Virus record (IMG/VR): IMGVR_UViG_3300035698_007246
Span: 124,001 to 188,000 of that record
Length of the DNA: 64,000 nt
Strand: one strand, 5' to 3'
Each line of letters starts with the position of its first letter. The stretch's first letter is position 1. Below are positions 42,354 to 53,378 of this stretch, in pieces. A program made the position numbers and the translations under genes. The notes beneath the pieces were generated by a model that was given only the letters and a program-made list of their open reading frames with translations, made no database searches and was not told the DNA's origin.

Positions 42354-43433
42354 CTAAATCAATTCTTTAAAATACCTTGACACCTGATTCCAGTTAGACA
42401 TATGTTGTGTTAATTGATGTTTCATAAAAAATGACATAATTTCAGAACCATTAGTTGGTTTGAAATTTTCATCTTTATGTGTTGTATATATATTTATGAT
42501 TTCATTTTTTATATCATTTGGAATCTTTTTCAAATCAATCAAGTTTATATTTCTTTTATAATTAATATGCACTTGAGCTTTATCTTTTTTGATAAAATAT
42601 TCAATTTCATCCTTCGTCACCACAGGTCTATTATCTTCAGGTGGTAGACAATCTTCTCCAATAGGAAGAAGACAATACAACAATGTGTCTTCATCAGACA
42701 TCCATTCACGTCTTTTCATTTTACGTGTAATTTTGTATTTAAGATTATCAACAAAGTCATCAAGCCCAGTTTTTATTATTTTTTCAGCAGTCATTTTACC
42801 AACACCATATCTAACACCAGTAATAAAATCAGAGTGATCTCCTGTTAAAATCTTCATCTCTAATTCAATTGCAGGATTCATACATTCAACAATTTCTCTT
42901 GATTTTGGGTCATATTGATGAACATTAGGATTTACCAACAATTGACGCATATCACCATCATTAGAAACAATTGTAATATCATCAGTTTTGAAAATTTCAT
43001 TAGCACACACACCTATAATATCATCACCTTCTGTATGAGGTGCTTTGATAACATATATATTTGTAAATGTTTTTTTAATATCATTAATAAACTCATCAAA
43101 TATTCTAAAAAAGAGTTCCCAATCTATCGGCAATTTACTTTTTGCCTTTGCAGACTTTCTGTGAGCTTTATAATTGGGATATATGTTATATCTCCAACTA
43201 CCCTTCTCATCAAAAGCGAGAACCACGGTATCAGGATTAAATTTTGCAATCACATTAAATATATCATTTAAAAATGCATGTTTCCATAGTGCAAATGTTG
43301 TTATATCATCAGGGTTACGGTAGATGTCAGAATATAAACATCTATACGCTATGTTGTGACCATCCACGATTAAAACTTTTTTCAAACTATTTTCAGAAGT
43401 CTTATCACCAAAAAGTTCACTTAATTTACACAT
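42354..43433 (-). CDS. rnh: T4-like RNase H (5'-3' flap exonuclease)
   Basis: IVDGHN, YKAHR, EGDDII, SNDGD, LTGDHSD. Confidence 0.9.
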   Translation of the reverse strand: MCKLSELFGDKTSENSLKKVLIVDGHNIAYRCLYSDIYRNPDDITTFALWKHAFLNDIFNVIAKFNPDTVVLAFDEKGSWRYNIYPNYKAHRKSAKAKSKLPIDWELFFRIFDEFINDIKKTFTNIYVIKAPHTEGDDIIGVCANEIFKTDDITIVSNDGDMRQLLVNPNVHQYDPKSREIVECMNPAIELEMKILTGDHSDFITGVRYGVGKMTAEKIIKTGLDDFVDNLKYKITRKMKRREWMSDEDTLLYCLLPIGEDCLPPEDNRPVVTKDEIEYFIKKDKAQVHINYKRNINLIDLKKIPNDIKNEIINIYTTHKDENFKPTNGSEIMSFFMKHQLTQHMSNWNQVSRYFKELI

Positions 43434-43434
43434 A

Positions 43435-44088
43435 CTATTCCTTTTCTAAAAATGGTCTAACTAAAATATTCTCTGGATACGCTTTTGTTACACGATTGAA
43501 AATTTGAATCACTTCAGGACCTAAATCCCTAAGTATCAATATACCATTACGTAATTTCAACTCCATTTGTAACAATTTCATTCCAAAATATGCGTCAACA
43601 ATATCCTCGCTCGGTGTTTTGTATGGTGGTAAATGAGAGATGTCTGGTCGAAACTTTTCTTCAACATAAGCGTCACCCATTTGAGTTTTATCGGCATTGC
43701 CTTTACCAGTAGCAAATAATTTAATAACAGTCGGCTCATAAATTCTAAGAGGAATACGTTTGTTATAGACACCTATTTTAGTACATCCAGTTGATTCAGC
43801 AATATCAAATACTTTACCTTTACCAGCCATCGCATATCCTTCAATAGCACAATAATCAACATCACCAATAAACTCAAGGATATTATCTCTCATCCATTGA
43901 GCTTTGGCTAAATCATCAGCAAATGAATTCTTCTTATGGTACAGTAAAACATTTTCATCAGAATTATTAACTTTTTTCACGCTTGTGAATCCACGATATT
44001 TTATTTCAATAGCATGAAAATCATTATCCAATGTAGCTTTTATAACACCGGGTGCATTTTTTGAGTAATCTATTGCAGCAATATTCAT
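43435..44088 (-). CDS. RuvC-like Holliday junction resolvase
   Basis: AIDYS, IEGYA, IAESTG, KGNADK, DIVDAY. Confidence 0.78.
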   Translation of the reverse strand: MNIAAIDYSKNAPGVIKATLDNDFHAIEIKYRGFTSVKKVNNSDENVLLYHKKNSFADDLAKAQWMRDNILEFIGDVDYCAIEGYAMAGKGKVFDIAESTGCTKIGVYNKRIPLRIYEPTVIKLFATGKGNADKTQMGDAYVEEKFRPDISHLPPYKTPSEDIVDAYFGMKLLQMELKLRNGILILRDLGPEVIQIFNRVTKAYPENILVRPFLEKE

Positions 44089-45119
44089 TTCTTTTTATTT
44101 CCAGTTACAAAAAATATTCTATGATGTATATTATTAGTAAAAAACGGTTCAATCAATTCCCATGTTAAAAATCTAATACCAATTTGATTGAATTTTATAA
44201 AATCATTGACATCTTTAACATCTTTAACACATGGATATTTTGTTAAAAACATTTTCCAATTAAAAATATACTGTCCACCCAATAACAATTGTAGAGATTT
44301 CATCTTCCCTGATTTGTCATTATCAAACAAGTACCTTTTGTATTTAAATTTATTTAACAAGTCTGTTTTATCTTTGAGACCCGTTATAGCAACACTGTTT
44401 TCTGTAAATATAGAATCAATCGGACCTTCAATAATAGGAACAGGTAAATCTATATCAACATTATAATAATTGTAGATACAATTTAATTCTTTACCAACAC
44501 GAGATAAATATTTACATTTGCTTTTAGGCTTAAGGTCACGACCTTGGTAGTAATATATCGAATTCATGTTATTGAAGAACGGAATTATAATCCTGTTTCG
44601 ATAAAATCCTTTTTCACAATAATACCATCTTGAATATTCTTCTTCAGGTATTAAACGACCTGCACAATATTGTAACAATTTAGGATAATTTGTCAATGGT
44701 CTAAAATGACTAACTTCTTTTTTCTCATCAAAATCAATCTCATCAACAATTTTAAACTTAATTTTAGATGATTTAAATTTATAGTTGTCAATTATGACTT
44801 CTTTCTTTTTAGAATTTGTCATTTTCAATCTTGCATAATCCCTCAGAACATCTTCATATTCCAAAGGGAAGAAATCTTTTAACCAATATTCAGCAGGATA
44901 ATTCCCATGACAATCACCATTAAAACAATAATAATGCCATGATTCACCGTTTGTGTATATATGTCCACGTTTGTTGAATTTTTTTGAACCATCCCCACAC
45001 ACATTACATCGAAAATTATATTCAACGCCATTGTATGTCACATTTTCAAAATAAGCATTCAGAACGTTTTTGATGGCAAGCTCTAATAGGAGCTGTTTGT
45101 CTAAGTCAATTGACATCAT
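44085..45119 (-). CDS. DNA primase (gp61-like)
   Basis: NFRCNVCGD Zn finger, IIEGPIDS, FDND TOPRIM. Confidence 0.92.
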   Translation of the reverse strand: MMSIDLDKQLLLELAIKNVLNAYFENVTYNGVEYNFRCNVCGDGSKKFNKRGHIYTNGESWHYYCFNGDCHGNYPAEYWLKDFFPLEYEDVLRDYARLKMTNSKKKEVIIDNYKFKSSKIKFKIVDEIDFDEKKEVSHFRPLTNYPKLLQYCAGRLIPEEEYSRWYYCEKGFYRNRIIIPFFNNMNSIYYYQGRDLKPKSKCKYLSRVGKELNCIYNYYNVDIDLPVPIIEGPIDSIFTENSVAITGLKDKTDLLNKFKYKRYLFDNDKSGKMKSLQLLLGGQYIFNWKMFLTKYPCVKDVKDVNDFIKFNQIGIRFLTWELIEPFFTNNIHHRIFFVTGNKKK

Positions 45120-45131
45120 ATACCTACAAAC

Positions 45132-45157
45132 AAGGAAAAGGAGTGCTCCCCTTCCTT
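45132..45157 (-). terminator. hairpin downstream of gp32
   Basis: AAGGAAGGGGAGCACTCCTTTTCCTT imperfect hairpin. Confidence 0.45.
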
Positions 45158-45167
45158 TATTAAATAT

Positions 45168-46064
45168 TTATTTTATATCCATTTTGTCGAAAAAATCTTC
45201 ATCTTCTTTTGATGTGTAAACTTTTTCTTCGTTAAACTTTTCACCAGATGATTTTGCCTCTTCAACAGGAGCAACTGCTTGCCCAACGTTAGGAGTTTGA
45301 GCTGCTACTTGTTGTTCAACAGTTTGAGTTGACTGAACAGTAGTAACATTCTTTTCACCCATAACTGCTGCAAATCTTTTTTGAAGTTCTGCATAAGTTT
45401 TAATTTTTGTTGGGTCAATAAATGGTGCCAATGGAAACATATCTTCCAAATCTTTCTCAATATCACACAAAGAACTTAATTGTGTAACAGCGTCAGAAAA
45501 GTATGAACCAGTATAATCAGGCATATAATGTTTTCCCTTTTTCTCACGTTTAACAACGTAATAGAAATTCATTCCTTTTTCTGGATGAAATGGGAATTTT
45601 TGACGATTAATAACTTCCATTATTTTATCATACACTTGTTTTGGATATCTCAACAAAAATACTTTACCATTGTTAGATGGAGTTACATCATCTTCAATAA
45701 TAAGAACATTTGAATAATAATATGTTTTCTTCAACGTATTACGGTCTCTAACGAGCTGTTCATCCTCATCCCACAATCTACCATTGTCTTCACAAACAGG
45801 ACAATCATTACCTAATGTTTTTGGGCAATTATTGATAAACTGACCACCAGGTCCTTTGAACCAGTGAGTATGTGTTTTTACATAAGGAATATCGACATCA
45901 CCTTCAACAGCAGGTAAAAATCTCATTGTAGTTCTTGCACTTCCACCATTTTCACATGGTGATACATAAATACGTTCGTCTTTCTTAAAAGAACCTTTTT
46001 CTTGTTCTTTCATTTTCTTTGATTGGGCCGAAAAATTTGTTTTAAATTTAGGCATTTTCAACAT
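45168..46064 (-). CDS. ssDNA-binding protein (gp32-like)
   Basis: RFLPA, HWFKGPGG, NCPKTLG..CPVC, YYSNVLIIED. Confidence 0.92.
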   Translation of the reverse strand: MLKMPKFKTNFSAQSKKMKEQEKGSFKKDERIYVSPCENGGSARTTMRFLPAVEGDVDIPYVKTHTHWFKGPGGQFINNCPKTLGNDCPVCEDNGRLWDEDEQLVRDRNTLKKTYYYSNVLIIEDDVTPSNNGKVFLLRYPKQVYDKIMEVINRQKFPFHPEKGMNFYYVVKREKKGKHYMPDYTGSYFSDAVTQLSSLCDIEKDLEDMFPLAPFIDPTKIKTYAELQKRFAAVMGEKNVTTVQSTQTVEQQVAAQTPNVGQAVAPVEEAKSSGEKFNEEKVYTSKEDEDFFDKMDIK

Positions 46065-46071
46065 CCTCCAA

Positions 46072-46803
46072 TTACTTAAAAATAATATTTTTATGATTTT
46101 TTTTAATTATTTCGCATAATCTCCAAAACTGGAGATAATCGACTGTAACTAAGTTAATATTTTCTGGCTTTCGAGTCAAGAGTTTTTTAGAAAAATATAA
46201 ATAAAAATTTGGATGTATGTATTTTTTCTTAATTAAATTAAAAACAATGCTTTCACCGTCTGAATTAATCTTAAAAAAATCTCTAATTTTCAAATCTAAT
46301 TTTTGATTAATATTAAGAATAAATTGTTTATCCAATTCTAATTGTTTTTCAGAATATAATTTTAAGATTTTTTTGATTGATGTGCGATTTAATTTGGAGA
46401 TGTCAACGAGGTAATCCTCTTCAAATAATGCTTCGTGTATATAACATAAAATAAGTTGGGAATGGTCATAAAAACCATTCTCTATTTCATTATATATACG
46501 ACTGACTGCACTCTTGAAAGCCGAACGACTCCTATTCAAACCAAATACATGAATCTTCTTATAAATCTTTTCAAGGTCAAAAAATTCTGAACTAATTTTT
46601 TCTAATTGTTCGTTTCTTGTTTTTATTTTTCCAGTGAGAGCTTTCCGTTCTTTCCTTATTCGTGGAGTGCTCATCTTCTCTATATATTTATACAAATTCT
46701 TCTCAAAATCAGTCTTTTCTCGACCAATTTTTTTCATACCATATATATTTTTTTCTAAATTTCTAATGATAGAATATATTAAAAGAGAAGAGTTTTTTAA
46801 CAC
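46072..46803 (-). CDS. hypothetical protein (position of gp59 helicase loader)
   Basis: Synteny only. Confidence 0.5.
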   Translation of the reverse strand: MLKNSSLLIYSIIRNLEKNIYGMKKIGREKTDFEKNLYKYIEKMSTPRIRKERKALTGKIKTRNEQLEKISSEFFDLEKIYKKIHVFGLNRSRSAFKSAVSRIYNEIENGFYDHSQLILCYIHEALFEEDYLVDISKLNRTSIKKILKLYSEKQLELDKQFILNINQKLDLKIRDFFKINSDGESIVFNLIKKKYIHPNFYLYFSKKLLTRKPENINLVTVDYLQFWRLCEIIKKNHKNIIFK

Positions 46804-47204
46804 AATATTTTCTCCAAAATAGTTGTTTCGATTTCAATATTATATTTTTCTGCTAATTCATTTTTGATAATCCATCTGTTGTCGTTATCAAGAAAATAAA
46901 GTACCTTTTTTATGCGGGTAAATTCTTCAAGGAAGAGAACAATATCACTTATCAAAATACCATGTGATTTTTTAATACGTCTTAATACAATATTCACAGT
47001 ATTCTGCATTTCTGTTGTGTAAAGTTCCCCTTCAAAAATATTCTTCAACACATCATAGGGTAATTCATATGATTCTAACAATTTGAAAAAGTCAGTCTTT
47101 TCAATATCATTAATCAAATTATCTTCCGACTTGGAATTATCAACAATTTCTTTTGTAACAGCGTCCATTTTGTCTGACATTATTTTATCCTTATTCCCAT
47201 TCAA
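46797..47204 (-). CDS. hypothetical protein (possible gp33-like)
   Basis: Synteny only. Confidence 0.45.
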   Translation of the reverse strand: MNGNKDKIMSDKMDAVTKEIVDNSKSEDNLINDIEKTDFFKLLESYELPYDVLKNIFEGELYTTEMQNTVNIVLRRIKKSHGILISDIVLFLEEFTRIKKVLYFLDNDNRWIIKNELAEKYNIEIETTILEKILC

Positions 47205-48597
47205 TTACAGTTTGTTCTTGAGCGTCAACATCATTATCAACAATATTGTTCACCATCGAAATGGCGTCAGAAGCAGTTTGGTTCAATTCTTTTTGTGTTG
47301 GAGGTAATTTACCACCAAATTGTAATTGAACAAGTGCGTCTTTATCATCAAAAACTCTCATTTTTTCATAATTAACATTAACAGTTATACTTTTTTTATT
47401 TTGTCCTTGTCTGTTTTTTAATATTGACCAAACAAATTTCCCTGCTGTTCTCATCTCTTCTGATTGAGTAATAGCAACAACAACATCAGCGGTCTGAACA
47501 AATCCTAATGAGTCACCAGTATTTGTTAAGTCAATCTCTGCTGCTCCAAACCCATCTCTGTTAGTTTGAATAGCCGATACAATAGGAACATTGAAATCAG
47601 TTGCAACACCACGAACTTCTTGAGTAACTTTACCCATTTCGCTGTATGTGTTATCTGACTTTGTTCTATGAACACTATTCATATTTCCAATTTGGTCAAG
47701 ATATATAATATCAGGAACAAATTTCTTTTTCATCTCTAATTCTTTTAACAAACTCCGTACATCATTAGCATTGATACCTTTTGCCGGGTATTCTTTTATG
47801 ATTAATTTATTTGGAAGACTTTCTTTCAATTTACTAATCTTCATTTTAAACATATCTTCGGAAATAACTTTTAAATCATCCATAGGCATGTCAAAAAGAT
47901 TTGCTAACATTCTTTCAGCAGTATTATTTTCAGATAACTCACAAGAAATGTATAATACATTCTTATTTGCCAATACATTACCAACCGCCAACGATGACAT
48001 CACTAATGATTTTCCCATATTTGTTTCAGCCATAAACAGCAACAGCGTTTTGGCAAAACACCCACCACCAATTTGTTTATTCAATTGTTCGATGTTAGTT
48101 GGAACAATATGTTTGTTTTCATGGAAATATTCAAACATTCTGTCACCAGATTCAAACAAATTCAATCCAACATCATTATCAAATGAAAACGCAACGGCTT
48201 CCCTTAGTTGGTCAGGCGTTTTATTTATTTTGTCTTCATCATCCCCATCAATCATCACCATTGTGTCACAACAAACATTCGAAATCATTTTTTTCTTGAT
48301 AAACGATTCAAGATTATCAAATAAAAATTCATCATCATATTTATCAGAGTCTAAATTCATCACGGTATCTTTTAAATGTTCCCGTGGTTCCATTTCCAAT
48401 TGTAATAACGATTCATGTGCTTTAGGAAAAGTATCATACTTCTCCATAAACTTCTGCATATGCATTACAATTTTTCTGTTTTCATCTCTATCAAAAAACC
48501 TAACATCAAGGAAAGGTACTATCCTTTCCCTGACATTGGTCTTTGTATAGAGAAACTTTATCATTAAATCTTCATAAAAAAGATGATTTTCAGACAC
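47191..48597 (-). CDS. replicative helicase (gp41-like)
   Basis: AETNMGKS, SCEL, LIIKEYP, IYLDQI, SAIQTNR. Confidence 0.93.
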   Translation of the reverse strand: MSENHLFYEDLMIKFLYTKTNVRERIVPFLDVRFFDRDENRKIVMHMQKFMEKYDTFPKAHESLLQLEMEPREHLKDTVMNLDSDKYDDEFLFDNLESFIKKKMISNVCCDTMVMIDGDDEDKINKTPDQLREAVAFSFDNDVGLNLFESGDRMFEYFHENKHIVPTNIEQLNKQIGGGCFAKTLLLFMAETNMGKSLVMSSLAVGNVLANKNVLYISCELSENNTAERMLANLFDMPMDDLKVISEDMFKMKISKLKESLPNKLIIKEYPAKGINANDVRSLLKELEMKKKFVPDIIYLDQIGNMNSVHRTKSDNTYSEMGKVTQEVRGVATDFNVPIVSAIQTNRDGFGAAEIDLTNTGDSLGFVQTADVVVAITQSEEMRTAGKFVWSILKNRQGQNKKSITVNVNYEKMRVFDDKDALVQLQFGGKLPPTQKELNQTASDAISMVNNIVDNDVDAQEQTVIEWE

Positions 48598-48606
48598 ACT
48601 TTCTCC

Positions 48607-49686
48607 TTACATCATTATTGCGTCAAGGTCTTCTTGTTCCTTTAAGATATCAGTTGATACATCAAAAGTATATTCATTTTCGAAAAACTTTTTAATGTCT
48701 GTCTCAAGGAATACGGGTTTCCAAAACGCTGAGTTATAAATCTCAGATTCTTTAACGAACTTATCACCTTCAATATGTGCTCGTCTATAACCTTTACTCT
48801 TTCCAGCCATACCTTCAACAATATAACCACCAGCGATTGCGTCTGCCAAAATACCATAGTAAGGGTCAAGTCCACCACTGTGTTTTATTCTAAACTTCAG
48901 TTTCTTCATTTCCTTACAATATCTTGACTTATGAGTACGAGCAGTTATAATATGTCCAGCAATCTCATCATTTTCTTTGTCTTTAGCTCTTGTCATACCA
49001 AGCAATACACAATCACAGTTAAACATAATCTTACGTCCACCCGGAATAGATAATGCGTCACCAAATCCACCAATGTTATCATAAACATGGTTTACGATGA
49101 ACCAAGTACCTCGTGTACTAAGAATAATGTTTGCCAATTTATTCTTTTTCTTGGCTTCTGTCATATCCAATACATCTTTACCCTTTAATCCATCACCAAT
49201 AGTTTTTGAGGTAATCAACGTACCCCATGAATCCATAACAACAAAAGTGTTCTTCCTTTCTTCTTTTGTCATAGGTTCAAAAATATTCAAGATGAAAGTT
49301 ATTAAGTCTTCAATTCCACTTTCTTGGAAAACATATAACTTATTCGGGCTTGTATCAATTCCTAAAGAATCAGCCATAGTCTCACTAAAAGCACGTTCAG
49401 TGTCAATTATCATTACCTGCATACCTTTCTTTTGAGCATTTTTAATAGCAGACATTGCTATAAAAGTTTTACCCAACATACTCGGTGCAGACATCATTGA
49501 CATTTTACCAATCGGGATACCACCATCAACTCTACCACTAAGCAGAAGGTTGATAGCCATCACATTTGTTGAAATGAAATCTGGAATAGTATCTTCATTT
49601 TTAATATCAAGATAACACACCTCCATCATTTCTTTAATCTTTTTGTCCTTCTTAGCCAATTCTAAGATACTTTTTCTTGTTGCCAT
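48607..49686 (-). CDS. uvsX: UvsX/RecA-like recombinase
   Basis: APSMLGKT, IDTERA, VMDSWG, IVNHVY, GGRKI. Confidence 0.92.
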   Translation of the reverse strand: MATRKSILELAKKDKKIKEMMEVCYLDIKNEDTIPDFISTNVMAINLLLSGRVDGGIPIGKMSMMSAPSMLGKTFIAMSAIKNAQKKGMQVMIIDTERAFSETMADSLGIDTSPNKLYVFQESGIEDLITFILNIFEPMTKEERKNTFVVMDSWGTLITSKTIGDGLKGKDVLDMTEAKKKNKLANIILSTRGTWFIVNHVYDNIGGFGDALSIPGGRKIMFNCDCVLLGMTRAKDKENDEIAGHIITARTHKSRYCKEMKKLKFRIKHSGGLDPYYGILADAIAGGYIVEGMAGKSKGYRRAHIEGDKFVKESEIYNSAFWKPVFLETDIKKFFENEYTFDVSTDILKEQEDLDAIMM

Positions 49687-49698
49687 TGTTTTTTTCTC

Positions 49699-52344
49699 CT
49701 ACGAAAAATCAATAAAATCACTGGCACATGTAGTATCCACTTCAACCTCTCCCCAATCAATAACATCATAAAAACGTTGCAGAACTTCTTTGAACTGTTT
49801 TTGCCATTGAGCCTCATAATCAATTTGGAAAATATCATTGAATTCTTTGGGATATTTCCCAATATATCCAATAACTAATGCACCAATTTCATTATTCGGA
49901 TTAACATAAACTAATTTAATGTCGGTTCCGTCTCCAACTGTCTCTAATTCCAAATCATACTTTCCAACCAAATAGTTATAATTCACCGAAGCCTTCACAT
50001 GTTGAGGGCAATGTGGTGGAAAAACTATTTGTTCTTCAGCAATAAACTTACCAATGTTGAATTCATATTTCGAGAAACTCTTCACTGATACATTCTTAGA
50101 GATGTCTTCTACCCCAGCTTCATAAAAATCATCATAAATCCCACCTAATTGATTTGTTATTTTAGTACGGTCTTTATTGACCATAATATCAACCATTAAG
50201 GTTTCGAGATGAATCTTACAAAAAGTTGGTGTTGTGGTTTTAACTGTTTCAATACCCGTGATTGATAGTTTGGGTTTATCAGTATACAATGTACCGTCTT
50301 TATATGCAATTTGTCCTTCATCATCAATAACTAAATCAGCATACTTTTTCTTAGCTAATGTTAGCTTTTTAATAATTATTTTTTCACGTTTAAAATTAAT
50401 CATCTGCTTAATACCAAAAGTGTCAGCATAATTATTTAGAATCTTACTAAAAAATGGTTTGAAAAATCTCTTATCCAAATCATTAGCAAATTGTCTAAAT
50501 TCTTCATTATTATTAAACGTAATTCCCATGTTCTTTATGACTTCATTCAAACAGATGTAATTTGAATCAGTATCGACAAGAACAACAACATCTTCCTTCA
50601 CAGGTTCTATAATCTTACCTTTAAGTTCTGGATAATAATTTTTTGCCACCATATGCCACACACTCTTCATATAATTGTTAATCATGTCAGATAAGAACTT
50701 AATAAGATGCCTACCACCAATAGTGATTGCCATAGCATTGTGTATATTATAAAACGCAAAATGTGGATTACCCAACACACCATACATCGAGTTGATAAGA
50801 ATTTTCATAACCAACTGTTGACTATCATAATAAGCAGAAGAAAACCCCTCTTCTTTTATCTCATTCATCATTGATTGTACAAAATCAAGAGGAAGAGAAA
50901 TGTTTTCAGAAATTTCATCTACAGTATTACTATTCTCCATACCATAAGCAACTTTAGACTTCTGTTTATTATATTTTCTTTTATTAAATATTTCTTCAAC
51001 TATTTCAGGTAAGATACCTTTCTTGTCTTGACGGTAGTAAATACCAGAAACTTCGAAATGTCCATTTGGTGTATCACACTCGTAAAATATAGACGCTGGT
51101 GTTTTAATCAATCCAGTTATATCAGACGGATTAAACACTAAAGTTTCTGGTGAAATATTGTATTGCATTATAATCATTGGATATTCAGATTCAACATCAA
51201 ACGACATAAGATATTCAAATAACCCAGGCATTGCATACACATACGCTCCCGGATACAACTCTTTATGAGTTCCAAGAGGGTCTGGAAACATAATATTCTT
51301 TCGATGTAAATACCGAACAAAATATCCTGTAACCAATGCAATTGTTGAATATATTCTATCAAACGGTATTAATGCCTGATAACAAAAATTTATAATTAAA
51401 GGAATAAATTTCTTTTTATCTTCAATATTTTTTGTTGAATCAACATCTTGAACATTATATTCAACATATCTATTCCAGTTTGTTTTATAAACGTGATTAA
51501 TCTGTCCACCAAGGTCTAACTTACCTTCCCCAGTTTCTATTGTCGCAATGGTGCCTAATTTATAATTTACTCGTTTCTTATAAGTAAATTTACGATAAGA
51601 CTCAACACCATCAAGAATAGATATCCCACAAATATCATAAACATTCTTTGAATTACCAAACTTATCTTTTATTGTTCTTGGTTTATATTCATTAATAGGA
51701 GACATTGAAATTTCAATTTCATGTTTATAACATCTATTAATAATATAAGGCATATCAAACAATTTGATATTCCATCCAGTAACAATATCAACACGTCTTT
51801 TTCTGAAATCAAGAATGAATTTTTCCAACATTCTTTTTTCATCCGGTATATAATGATACTCCTTCACATTTTCACTATTACCAGTGTACTCTTTTGTACC
51901 ATATGTAATCATTTCACCAGTTTTCGAATAATAAACCGAAATACAGTTGATTTCATACGGCACAATTTCCGCAATATTTGAAGGGAATGTTTTCCCCGAC
52001 TTTAATTCAATATCGAGAGTCGCTATTTGAAAATCATCAATGGTCACAGACAATTTTTTATTTCCATAACGCTTTTGTAAAAACTTTAAGTCTTCACCGA
52101 GTGACGCTTCACATGATTTCGTATTCGACATAGACAAAAAATCTTTCATTGCCTTTCTCGTTTTAGAAACCTGAAGTCTCACTGGGTTACCCCAAATGTC
52201 TTTTTTGTCAGACTCACCTGTGGTATCTGGCACATAGTACTCAATATCGGGTTTTGTTTTGATTGTTTTAGTCTTACCATCCACAGTTTCCCAAAGATGA
52301 ATAGTATTACTATAATTATCATAATATATTCTACGAAACCCCAT
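49699..52344 (-). CDS. family B DNA polymerase (gp43-like)
   Basis: DIE exo I, TGWN, FDVESEYP, KILINSMYG, VDTDS, KKKYA. Confidence 0.96.
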   Translation of the reverse strand: MGFRRIYYDNYSNTIHLWETVDGKTKTIKTKPDIEYYVPDTTGESDKKDIWGNPVRLQVSKTRKAMKDFLSMSNTKSCEASLGEDLKFLQKRYGNKKLSVTIDDFQIATLDIELKSGKTFPSNIAEIVPYEINCISVYYSKTGEMITYGTKEYTGNSENVKEYHYIPDEKRMLEKFILDFRKRRVDIVTGWNIKLFDMPYIINRCYKHEIEISMSPINEYKPRTIKDKFGNSKNVYDICGISILDGVESYRKFTYKKRVNYKLGTIATIETGEGKLDLGGQINHVYKTNWNRYVEYNVQDVDSTKNIEDKKKFIPLIINFCYQALIPFDRIYSTIALVTGYFVRYLHRKNIMFPDPLGTHKELYPGAYVYAMPGLFEYLMSFDVESEYPMIIMQYNISPETLVFNPSDITGLIKTPASIFYECDTPNGHFEVSGIYYRQDKKGILPEIVEEIFNKRKYNKQKSKVAYGMENSNTVDEISENISLPLDFVQSMMNEIKEEGFSSAYYDSQQLVMKILINSMYGVLGNPHFAFYNIHNAMAITIGGRHLIKFLSDMINNYMKSVWHMVAKNYYPELKGKIIEPVKEDVVVLVDTDSNYICLNEVIKNMGITFNNNEEFRQFANDLDKRFFKPFFSKILNNYADTFGIKQMINFKREKIIIKKLTLAKKKYADLVIDDEGQIAYKDGTLYTDKPKLSITGIETVKTTTPTFCKIHLETLMVDIMVNKDRTKITNQLGGIYDDFYEAGVEDISKNVSVKSFSKYEFNIGKFIAEEQIVFPPHCPQHVKASVNYNYLVGKYDLELETVGDGTDIKLVYVNPNNEIGALVIGYIGKYPKEFNDIFQIDYEAQWQKQFKEVLQRFYDVIDWGEVEVDTTCASDFIDFS

Positions 52345-52364
52345 TGTTTCTCCTAAAATGTTTC

Positions 52365-53273
52365 TTAATCTTTTCTTATTGTTTCATAATTCGAATGCAA
52401 ATATTCTTCCAGAGTATCCATTTTTCTTGTGAATTCGTCCATAGTTTTTACAAACAAACCAGCACTCTTAGGGTGTCCACCACCCCATCCAAAATCTTCA
52501 AGTATTTGACCTATGTCAATAGAATCATTAGATGTTCTGAGAGAACATCGACCTTTTGTTGGGCTTTTTATCACCACCAAATCATATCCAACCTCCTTTA
52601 TCAAGTTATCAGCAACTTCATTAATAAACTTATCTTCATAAATAACACATGCATTTATCGTGTCTAAATTATAGACATCCATGTCTTCATATGTTTTTAA
52701 AAAGTCTAAATGTAATTCTTCAAGGAATTTTGTCTCTTCAGGTGTGAATTGTGTTCGACCATCAATAAATGCTTCTCTAAATTCGGTCGGTCGGTAATGA
52801 TAAAACATCAAATCATTCATCATCTTACTTTCAGGGTGTTCCAATATCCACATATCATAATCATTGATATATGTCACCAATTTGTCAAGATGGGGGAGTT
52901 TGATATTATATAGTTTTTCAACATAAAATTTTACGAGGGATGTAGCACACACACCTTTATCAGACACAACAAATCTATTCTTTTTTGGATTATTGAATTC
53001 TGATGGATGATGGTCAATCAAAATTATCTTTTCACTTATATCAAGATATCTTTTTTCCGTTGGATGTATATCAGTCATTATAACATAATCGTATTCGTCA
53101 AAATTAATTTCCTCCATTCTTTTATCCAAATTATAGAAAGAGGCAAATATATAGGTGATATTTTTAAAAACATTACCCAATACAATACTACACCCACACC
53201 CATCAAGGTCAACATGTGTGACGTTTAAAATCTTCGAATCCAACGGTATTTTTATCATTTCAACATTCTCCAT
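52365..53273 (-). CDS. DHH-family phosphoesterase
   Basis: THVDLDG, MTDI, IDHH, GGGHPKSAG. Confidence 0.9.
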   Translation of the reverse strand: MENVEMIKIPLDSKILNVTHVDLDGCGCSIVLGNVFKNITYIFASFYNLDKRMEEINFDEYDYVIMTDIHPTEKRYLDISEKIILIDHHPSEFNNPKKNRFVVSDKGVCATSLVKFYVEKLYNIKLPHLDKLVTYINDYDMWILEHPESKMMNDLMFYHYRPTEFREAFIDGRTQFTPEETKFLEELHLDFLKTYEDMDVYNLDTINACVIYEDKFINEVADNLIKEVGYDLVVIKSPTKGRCSLRTSNDSIDIGQILEDFGWGGGHPKSAGLFVKTMDEFTRKMDTLEEYLHSNYETIRKD

Positions 53274-53312
53274 TTTTTAAAGTACTTGAAAATTTTTCAA
53301 GTACTTTAAAAA
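53274..53312. repeat. AAGTACTT-containing palindrome (second copy)
   Basis: Near-identical to 35171-35212. Confidence 0.75.
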
Positions 53313-53340
53313 GTTCACATTCTGTAAATTCATTTATCCC

Positions 53341-53369
53341 AATATGATAAATTCTGGTTAGGTTGTCAA
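53341..53369 (-). promoter_or_regulatory. sigma70-like promoter
   Basis: TTGACA-17-CATATT. Confidence 0.6.
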
Positions 53370-53378
53370 TAGTTTTGT

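Noticed and set aside
47771-48550. 259-aa plus-strand ORF and other antisense ORFs in the track
   Set aside because: They are shadows of minus-strand genes (here gp41) with no RBS or recognisable motifs.
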